In this document: piece after piece, positions 57,410 to 64,000 of the stretch
How the letters are laid out: each line of letters begins with the position of its first letter
Position numbering within the stretch: position 1 is the stretch's first letter
Assembly: GCA_965228855.1 (NCBI GenBank)
Contig: CBDDIJ010000003.1
Coordinates: forward strand, 3,136,001-3,200,000
Direction: 5' to 3'
DNA: 64,000 nt
Source: Candidatus Obscuribacterales bacterium
Lineage (GTDB): Bacteria > Cyanobacteriota > Vampirovibrionia > Obscuribacterales > Obscuribacteraceae
Translations under genes and position numbers: made by a program
Notes under the pieces: model-generated
The model's input: the letters and a program-made list of their open reading frames with translations, nothing else
Told to the model about the DNA's origin: nothing
The model's database searches: none

Positions 57410-58591
57410 TCAGTTCGGTTTTACCGCAGGTTCGGCTCGATTTCCCGCGTAGGAGATTCGATAAATAGCGCCGCAGCGATCGTCGGAAACCAACATCGAA
57501 CCATCAGGCATCATGCAAAGATCAACGGGTCGTCCCCAGGCATCATCACCCTGATGAAAACCGCTCAGGAACGGCTCGTACTTGGTTGCTTTACCACTTT
57601 CCAGCGTTACCATCTGAATTCGATAACCGATTTTCTTATCGCGATTCCATGAACCATGCTCGGCGATAAAAACATTGCCTCTGTACTTTGCAGGAAACAT
57701 ATTGCCTGTGTAGAAGCGCATTCCCAATGATGCGACGTGAGGAGCAAGTGGCATCGCCGGCGGTGTAAACTTTAAACCTTTCGGCGCCTTTACCCCGAAC
57801 TCCGGGTCAGGAACATTGCTGCCGTATCGATAAGGAAAACCAAAGTGCATGCCCTTTTCAGGCGCACAATTCAATTCGTCCGGCGGTAAATTGTCGCCGA
57901 GATAATCGCGACCATTATCGGTAAACCAGAGCTGTTTAGTCTCAGGATGCCAGTCGAAGCCAACTGTATTTCTAATCCCCTTTGCAAAAATTTCCAGGTT
58001 GCTACCATCCGGCTTCATCCGCATCAGGGTACCGAAGCGCTCGTCGGGCTTCTCGCAAACATTACAGGGAGCGCCAACGCCAAAATACAACAGATCGTCG
58101 GGACCAAACCGAATATACCGATAACCGTGCCATTCGGCATTCGGCAATTTGTCGGTCACGATTTTGCTGGTAAACGCGCGAGCCCCCTTAGAATCCGCTG
58201 GCTTGCTAAGCTGACCTTCGATGTCATCGTATCTGGTAATTTTTGGAATTTCACCAATGTACAAAGCGCCATTCCGCACTGCGACGCCATTGGGGTGATT
58301 CAAATTCGATGCGACCGTTATCACTTCGTCAGCTTTGCCATCGCGATTCCGGTCAGGAAGAGCATATACGGTGTTTGGGATAATGCTGCCGACAAACAAA
58401 GTTCCTTTCTCATCTAGCACCATCTGGCGAGCCCCGGGCACTTTGTCAGAAAAGACGCTGATTTGAAACCCGGGCGGAAGCGTGAGGCGCTTTATCTGGG
58501 GCTGCGCAGATGTCTGCGGCACACAACCCGCAAGCAGAGCGAAAAGGGCAAGCAGGGCGGTCCCAACGTAGGACCGTTGTAGATTTCTCAT
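57410..58591 (-). CDS. PQQ-dependent sugar / L-sorbosone dehydrogenase family lipoprotein
   Basis: Lipobox 'LAGC'; 'FGPD', 'GAPCNVC', 'GIRNTVGFDW', 'HGSWNR', 'GRPVD'. Confidence 0.88.
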   Translation of the reverse strand: MRNLQRSYVGTALLALFALLAGCVPQTSAQPQIKRLTLPPGFQISVFSDKVPGARQMVLDEKGTLFVGSIIPNTVYALPDRNRDGKADEVITVASNLNHPNGVAVRNGALYIGEIPKITRYDDIEGQLSKPADSKGARAFTSKIVTDKLPNAEWHGYRYIRFGPDDLLYFGVGAPCNVCEKPDERFGTLMRMKPDGSNLEIFAKGIRNTVGFDWHPETKQLWFTDNGRDYLGDNLPPDELNCAPEKGMHFGFPYRYGSNVPDPEFGVKAPKGLKFTPPAMPLAPHVASLGMRFYTGNMFPAKYRGNVFIAEHGSWNRDKKIGYRIQMVTLESGKATKYEPFLSGFHQGDDAWGRPVDLCMMPDGSMLVSDDRCGAIYRISYAGNRAEPAVKPN

Positions 58592-58693
58592 GTACGAGCT
58601 CCTTCGTAACGTGAGAAAGCATACCTTATATAATTGGTTCAGTAATAGGGCTCCGAATCGAACTGGGCGTTACCGCGCACCGGAAACAGAGAA

Positions 58694-60913
58694 ATGCCTC
58701 GAAAAACAATACCTGGCGGCGGTTGGCAAGCCATAAGATATACGCTTCGCAAGGCGCTGCAAGTTGGTCCCTGGCGCTTATGGCAGCGCATGCGCTCGCG
58801 CAACGCTTGCAAAACATGCGCGCTGGGCATGGGCGGCATGAAAGGCGGCATGGTCAACGAGGCCGGTCATTTTCCGGAAGTCTGCAAGAAAAGCCTTCAG
58901 GCGCAAGTCGCCGACATGATTGGTGCGCTGCCTGCGGATTACTTCGACAAAAATCCGCTCGACTCGCTGATGAAGCTCACGCCAAAGCAAGCTGAAGACG
59001 CTGGTCGCATCAGCTATCCGGTTATATTGGAACCTGGTGCGAGCAAGTTTCGGACAATTTCATGGAACGATGCTCTCACGCTCATAAGCGATCGATTGAA
59101 GGAAACACAGCCGGATGAAGCGGCTTTCTATGCGTCAGGCCGTTCTTCCAACGAAGCCGCGTTTTTGCTCCACTCATTCGCGCGCGTGTATGGCTCCAAC
59201 CACACGATGAATTGCTCCTACTATTGCCACCAGGCGTCCGGAGTTGGTTTGAAGATGGCATTTGGAACCGGCACCGCGACTGTCGATCTCGACGATATCG
59301 GTCGAGCGGATCTCGTCTTTCTTATCGGCGCCAATCCGGCGTCAAACCATCCGCGTTTGATGACGCAGTTGGCAAACCTGCGCGGTCGAGGCGGAGAAAT
59401 AATCGTCGTAAACCCGCTCCGCGAGTCGGGACTTGAAACATTTTTCGTCCCATCTCAAGTCAAATCAATGTTGATGGGTTCCAAAATAGCATCGCTCTTC
59501 GTTCAACCCAAAGTAGGTGGCGACATCGCTTTTCTCGTTGGAGTGTTGAAACAGCTGGACGAGCAAGGTTTAGTCAAACAGGATTTTATGGCACAGCACG
59601 CCGACGGACACAATGAAGTTCTAGAGCATGTACGCAGCGTCGATTGGCAGAGAATCACCGCTGATAGTGGCGTCGACCGTTCCACCATCAATGAAACAGC
59701 CACGAAGCTGGCGAATTCAAAAGCCGCAATTTTTGCGTGGGCCATGGGAATTACGCACCACCAGTGGGGCGTAGACAACGTACTTGCGCTGTGCAATCTT
59801 GCTGTTGCAAGCGGCCATATTGGTCGTCCCGGCGCGGGCATGATGCCTATCCGCGGACACTCAAACGTACAGGGCATAGGCTCCATCGGTTACTCCCCGG
59901 CGCTGCAAGATAGTATTCGTGAGGCTCTGGAACGCGCTTATGGCGGCGCGAAGTTACCCACGACTCCGGGGTACGACACCCACGCCATGATCGAAGCAGC
60001 CGATAACGGCAAACTGAAATTCTTGTTCAACCTTGGCGGCAACCTCTGGGGTTCAAATCCGGACAGCGACTGGGCTTCCAGAGCCATGCAAAAAGTCAAA
60101 ACCATGGTTTATCTCTCAACGAAGTTGAACCCGGGACATTTTTACGGACGCGGTCAAACGACCTTGATTCTTCCTGTTTTAGCCCGAGATGAAGAACCTC
60201 AGCCAACAACTCAAGAGTCAATGTTCAATTATGTTCGGATATCGGAAGGCGGCACCCCGAATGTCGAGGGGCTGATTCGCTCTGAGTCCGACATTATCTG
60301 CGATATTGCCGATCGAGTACTCTCTACTAAGCCTGTTGATTGGAAGAGACTCAAGGATCTCAGAGAGGTGCGAAAAATTATTGGAGAAATTATTCCAGGC
60401 TGGGATAAAATGCGCACCATAGACGATACCAAAGAAGAGTTCACAATCAGCGGTCGTATTTATCACACACCAGCGTTCAGTACAGCGACCGGCAAGGCCA
60501 GCATGATTAAAACACCGCTTCCCGACCTGGATCCGGACGAATTGATGCTGATGACCATTCGCTCCGAGGGACAATTCAACACCGTCGTTTACGAAGAATA
60601 TGACATTTATCGCGGCGTACCTCATCGATACTGCATCTTAATGGCGGCAGAAGACATCAAACGTTTAGGGCTCAAGGATGGGCAGCGCGTCACCGTGCGA
60701 GGAGAAGCAGGCTCCATGGACAATATCGAAGTTGTCGAAGGCCATATTCGTGCCGGTGTCGCAGCCATGTATTACCCTGAATCCAACGTTCTGATCAAAT
60801 CTAGAATTGATGTCCGTTCAAAAACTCCGGCGTTCAAGAGCGCGCCCATTCGGATTGAAATCAACAAAAGTTCTGGTTCTCAGAGCCAGACCTCCGCAAA
60901 GTCACTAAGTTGA
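58694..60913 (+). CDS. FdhF/YdeP family molybdopterin oxidoreductase
   Basis: 'YASGRSSNEA', 'NCSYYCHQASG', 'NPASNHPR', 'RGHSNVQG', 'TIRSEGQFNT', 'TPAFKS'. Confidence 0.92.
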   Translation: MPRKTIPGGGWQAIRYTLRKALQVGPWRLWQRMRSRNACKTCALGMGGMKGGMVNEAGHFPEVCKKSLQAQVADMIGALPADYFDKNPLDSLMKLTPKQAEDAGRISYPVILEPGASKFRTISWNDALTLISDRLKETQPDEAAFYASGRSSNEAAFLLHSFARVYGSNHTMNCSYYCHQASGVGLKMAFGTGTATVDLDDIGRADLVFLIGANPASNHPRLMTQLANLRGRGGEIIVVNPLRESGLETFFVPSQVKSMLMGSKIASLFVQPKVGGDIAFLVGVLKQLDEQGLVKQDFMAQHADGHNEVLEHVRSVDWQRITADSGVDRSTINETATKLANSKAAIFAWAMGITHHQWGVDNVLALCNLAVASGHIGRPGAGMMPIRGHSNVQGIGSIGYSPALQDSIREALERAYGGAKLPTTPGYDTHAMIEAADNGKLKFLFNLGGNLWGSNPDSDWASRAMQKVKTMVYLSTKLNPGHFYGRGQTTLILPVLARDEEPQPTTQESMFNYVRISEGGTPNVEGLIRSESDIICDIADRVLSTKPVDWKRLKDLREVRKIIGEIIPGWDKMRTIDDTKEEFTISGRIYHTPAFSTATGKASMIKTPLPDLDPDELMLMTIRSEGQFNTVVYEEYDIYRGVPHRYCILMAAEDIKRLGLKDGQRVTVRGEAGSMDNIEVVEGHIRAGVAAMYYPESNVLIKSRIDVRSKTPAFKSAPIRIEINKSSGSQSQTSAKSLS

Positions 60914-60952
60914 CGATGCAAAAAAGCTTCCAACTTAGTCAGGAGAAAGACC

Positions 60953-61627
60953 TTGTCGACAGATGTTGAAAAACAAAACGCCGCCAGAGCTGCCGTTGAT
61001 TTGATTGAAGACGGCATGATAGTCGGGCTCGGCAGCGGCTCGACGTCGCTAATATTTGTGCGACTGCTCGGAGAGAGAGTCAAAAACGGTTTAAAGATAA
61101 AGGGAGTGCCGACGTCTGATGAAACCGCGATGGTTGCCCGAGAAGTCGGTATAGAGCTCGTTTCCCTAGACCAGGAAGTACACCCGGATCTCGACGTCGA
61201 TGGCGCAGACGAGGTCGACTCCAACTTGAACATGATCAAAGGCGGCGGTGGAAAACTTCTACGCGAAAAAATTGTCGCCTTTGCAGCGAAAGAAGTAATT
61301 ATCATGGTCGACTCGACGAAACTAGTGGAGAAGCTCGGCAAGTTCACAGTGCCAGTTGAGATCGTTCCTTTTTCCCAGCCTATAGTTGAAATCGCCATCG
61401 AAGATATCGGCGGCAAGCCCGTCTTACGAAAGGCAAAAGACGGTTCGACGTATATCACGGACGAGAAAAACTACATTCTCGACTGTGATTTCGGCTTGAT
61501 TGATGATGCAGAATCACTAGCTCGCAATTTGTCGAACACACCCGGAATCGTTGAACACGGACTGTTCATAAACCTCGCCGACCTTGTGCTTGTCGGAGAG
61601 AACGATGGTGTGCGCCAGATAATTTGA
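60953..61627 (+). CDS. rpiA: Ribose-5-phosphate isomerase A
   Basis: 'GLGSGST', 'DGADEVD', 'IKGGGG', 'REKIV', 'PGIVEHGLF'. Confidence 0.96.
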   Translation: MSTDVEKQNAARAAVDLIEDGMIVGLGSGSTSLIFVRLLGERVKNGLKIKGVPTSDETAMVAREVGIELVSLDQEVHPDLDVDGADEVDSNLNMIKGGGGKLLREKIVAFAAKEVIIMVDSTKLVEKLGKFTVPVEIVPFSQPIVEIAIEDIGGKPVLRKAKDGSTYITDEKNYILDCDFGLIDDAESLARNLSNTPGIVEHGLFINLADLVLVGENDGVRQII

Positions 61628-61628
61628 A

Positions 61629-62366
61629 CTACTTGTTGCGCTGCTCTTTCTTCAACGCTTCGTCAGCTTCGCGGACACTCTTCTTGGCACGGCTTTCATC
61701 TTTCTTCGCCTCCGAATTCAACTTCTTGGAGGCTTTTTCCATGGTGACAATGTGGTCCTGCAACTGCTGCGCTGCTCGAGCAATGGCCATATTGTCATAA
61801 TCGGGTCCCTGTGTAACTTCTTTCAAAGCTTCGATGTCCTGCGGCAGGAGAGCCAGTGTGTCAGACAAGGTTTTCATCTCTGTCTTCGCCTGGTCGTTTG
61901 CGTCATCGGGCAACACAAGTGCCGTCACCTCAGTTTGAGTCATCTTCATCAGGTCATCGATTTGTGACATGAAGTAATCGAGAAATTTTTTGCGTGGCGG
62001 TTGAAATCCACCGGTCGAAATCATTCCGCTTGGATTCGGCATAGCTGGAATGATGATCGGTCCGATGACGTCAGGCTCTCCAACGACGACCATGTTGGAG
62101 CGTTGCACTTCAACAAAAATGTCGAAAGCAGATCTTTTCATGTGGTGCAAAGACTTGGTCAAGTCTTTGATACCAGTTTCCAGCGTGACGGCAACATCTT
62201 GAATCCGCCCTTCGATTGTCTTCTGCTTATTAAGCGCGGCGTCAGTTGCAGAGGAATCGGCAGAAGTCGTTGAATCCGCAGCAGATTCATCAGCATATGC
62301 AGAACCAGAAATACTGAAAACGAGTACAGCTGCTATAAACAAACTGTTTGCGCGATCAACTCTCAC
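61629..62366 (-). CDS. Secreted helical hypothetical protein
   Basis: GGAGG then GTG at 62366; signal peptide ending 'AYA'; coiled-coil-like body. Confidence 0.7.
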   Translation of the reverse strand: MRVDRANSLFIAAVLVFSISGSAYADESAADSTTSADSSATDAALNKQKTIEGRIQDVAVTLETGIKDLTKSLHHMKRSAFDIFVEVQRSNMVVVGEPDVIGPIIIPAMPNPSGMISTGGFQPPRKKFLDYFMSQIDDLMKMTQTEVTALVLPDDANDQAKTEMKTLSDTLALLPQDIEALKEVTQGPDYDNMAIARAAQQLQDHIVTMEKASKKLNSEAKKDESRAKKSVREADEALKKEQRNK

Positions 62367-62433
62367 ATTTACCTCCAATCGGCGGGAGCAGTAAACTTGA
62401 CTCCGTCGTCACCGCCGCCTACTGCATCTGATT

Positions 62434-63321
62434 TTAGTGCTCTTGGCTAGATTTGTCATTTTCGCCAGGCTCGTTGTCAACGGTCGGCGAAACCTCCTGG
62501 ACGCTCTCCTCATCGGGAAAATCTATTGTTTCACCGATTTCCGCCTCTTGCTGCAAGGTCAGATTCGATATCTCGCCAGGCGCTTGATCATCCTCAAGCT
62601 GTTCATCGTATCCCATCTTTTCGTCCCAATCCAATGAGCCAGCTGGGGAAGTGACAGCTGAATATGGAAACGGTAGTTCCGCCGCCGGCGTTTTATCCAG
62701 AAGAATTCTGTACGCCTGCGTGATTGCTAGTTCCGAAAACATATGGGCCGGAATGATTCCCACAACGAATGCAAGAGGTGCAAATAGTTTCAAAATTCCA
62801 AGAATCAGGTTCAAAAAGAACAATTCCCACATAGCACCGGATGTGATGGCAGCACTGGCTTTCAGTGCACCGATTGGGCCGAGCTTATGTTCTGCCATGA
62901 AGTACGGGTAAAACATGAACATGATACTAAATATGATGCCAGGTACAATAAGAAAGCAGAGTCCAAACGTCACCACCCACCAATAAAAGATCGTGGCAGC
63001 GAGGTACGGAAAGAAACTCTTAGCAGCGCCCCACAGGTCGTCAGAACTGACCGGCTTGCCGCGCACAATTAGAATCTGAACGTTTATTCGTCCGAGCGAA
63101 CCAGCGATCACATGGACGACGGAACCGAGAAGCGAGAAGAGTAACGTAAGCGCCCACCAATCCGGATTCATGTTGGTGACTGTTCCTGCGAGCATCGGCA
63201 AAACAGACAAGAAACTCGCAAGAGACCAAAGACCTAAATATGGCCAGAAGTTTTCGAGCAGATTTGCCCACGCGGCAGAGACCGCGTCATCGAGTGAAAA
63301 TTTCTGTTCCTTCTCCGTCAT
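62434..63321 (-). CDS. Integral membrane protein (DUF975-like) with acidic tail
   Basis: Several TM helices; 'LIVPGII', 'GPIGALKASAAITSG'. Confidence 0.7.
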   Translation of the reverse strand: MTEKEQKFSLDDAVSAAWANLLENFWPYLGLWSLASFLSVLPMLAGTVTNMNPDWWALTLLFSLLGSVVHVIAGSLGRINVQILIVRGKPVSSDDLWGAAKSFFPYLAATIFYWWVVTFGLCFLIVPGIIFSIMFMFYPYFMAEHKLGPIGALKASAAITSGAMWELFFLNLILGILKLFAPLAFVVGIIPAHMFSELAITQAYRILLDKTPAAELPFPYSAVTSPAGSLDWDEKMGYDEQLEDDQAPGEISNLTLQQEAEIGETIDFPDEESVQEVSPTVDNEPGENDKSSQEH

Positions 63322-63329
63322 TTAAATTT

Positions 63330-63998
63330 TTACTGCTTCGTCAAAGTTCTCTGGTCCTTCGGATTTGCCGGCAAGACCTGCAATAGCTCGCCCCAGAGGA
63401 ACCCCTGCGCAAAGTGGATTCCCAATTCTTGTAACACGGGGAGGTCCTCGCGACGTTCAACACCTTCAGCCACCACTTCCGCACCCAGTGATTTAGCAAC
63501 GTTTGTGAGCCGCTTCAACAGCCGCACTTTATACTTATCTTCCGAAATACCGGTCACATAAGTTCTATCGACCTTAATAACATCCGGTTCTAAGAAGATC
63601 AGAGTTTCAAGTGAATTTCTGCCGAAACCGATATCGTCGATCGCCACTAACACCCCGGCGGAACGCAGCTTCTGAACATGCTCTCGCATGAATGTCGGAT
63701 CGCCAATAAATTGCTGCTCACTGATTTCAACGCAGTATGTTCTTCCGCCCTTGTCCTGCGGAAAAATTTCGAGTAGACGTTCAATCGGCGTGTCAAGAAT
63801 TGTCGATGGAAACAGATTGACATGAACCCGCATGTTCTCCGCCACGTCGGCAGACATTTCGATTCCCAGCTTCAAACACTGAAGGTCGACTTGAGTCAGA
63901 ATGTTGTTATCAATACAGACTCTAAACAGGTCACCCGGATTCTCGAAAGCCCCATCAGGACCGCGAGTATAGATTTCGAAACCAGCAACCTGCTCAGT
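63330..63998 (-). CDS. EAL-domain c-di-GMP phosphodiesterase (5' truncated by window edge)
   Basis: Frame is open to the window end: 'GFEIYTR', 'HVNL', 'VEISE', 'IDDIGFG', 'IKVD', 'AEGVE', 'QGF'. Confidence 0.9.
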   Translation of the reverse strand, partial: TEQVAGFEIYTRGPDGAFENPGDLFRVCIDNNILTQVDLQCLKLGIEMSADVAENMRVHVNLFPSTILDTPIERLLEIFPQDKGGRTYCVEISEQQFIGDPTFMREHVQKLRSAGVLVAIDDIGFGRNSLETLIFLEPDVIKVDRTYVTGISEDKYKVRLLKRLTNVAKSLGAEVVAEGVERREDLPVLQELGIHFAQGFLWGELLQVLPANPKDQRTLTKQ

Positions 63999-64000
63999 AG

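Noticed and set aside
59205..59245. Selenocysteine in the FdhF/YdeP protein
   Set aside because: The ORF has no internal TGA and the active-site region encodes Cys (NCSYYCH), so it gives no evidence for Sec machinery.
1..64000. tRNA, rRNA, IS elements, integrase or prophage
   Set aside because: No cloverleaf, rRNA-like, transposase or phage-like sequence was recognised by eye. tRNAscan-SE and Rfam were not run.

Overview
A gene-dense chromosomal window with no rRNA, tRNA, CRISPR array, transposase or prophage that I can see. The cyanobacterial-type NdhF/NdhD, the lack of photosynthesis genes, an anaerobe-type 2-oxoacid:ferredoxin oxidoreductase and many Ser/Thr kinase, TPR and GT-C proteins suggest a non-photosynthetic cyanobacterial relative (Vampirovibrionia/Melainabacteria, Obscuribacterales-like). 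That assignment is an inference. Housekeeping and metabolic genes: korAB, ndhF, ndhD, pgeF, rpoD, glpD, rsgA, typA, wzm/wzt, an FdhF/YdeP-family oxidoreductase, rpiA and a partial EAL protein. The strongest lead is at 2123-2944 (-). The ORF called as ending at TGA 2303-2305 continues in frame for 59 protein-like codons (GGG-[UGA]-GPGGCGG...), a hairpin starts at the UGA, and the final TAG overlaps the stop of the convergent neighbour. It is a candidate new selenoprotein or readthrough gene, although a nonsense mutation is not excluded. Other leads: a convergent 2+2 block of duplicated kinases (atypical kinase-TPR and kinase-TM-LRR); an OFOR/NDH-1 neighbourhood with a PepSY-like tail on KorA, a structured korA leader and a His-rich membrane protein; an Rgt-like galacturonosylation cluster; two orphan VirB10-like proteins; and apparently catalytically dead CHAT, CAP and HEPN domains. 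All family assignments come from motif recognition by eye, not from database searches.
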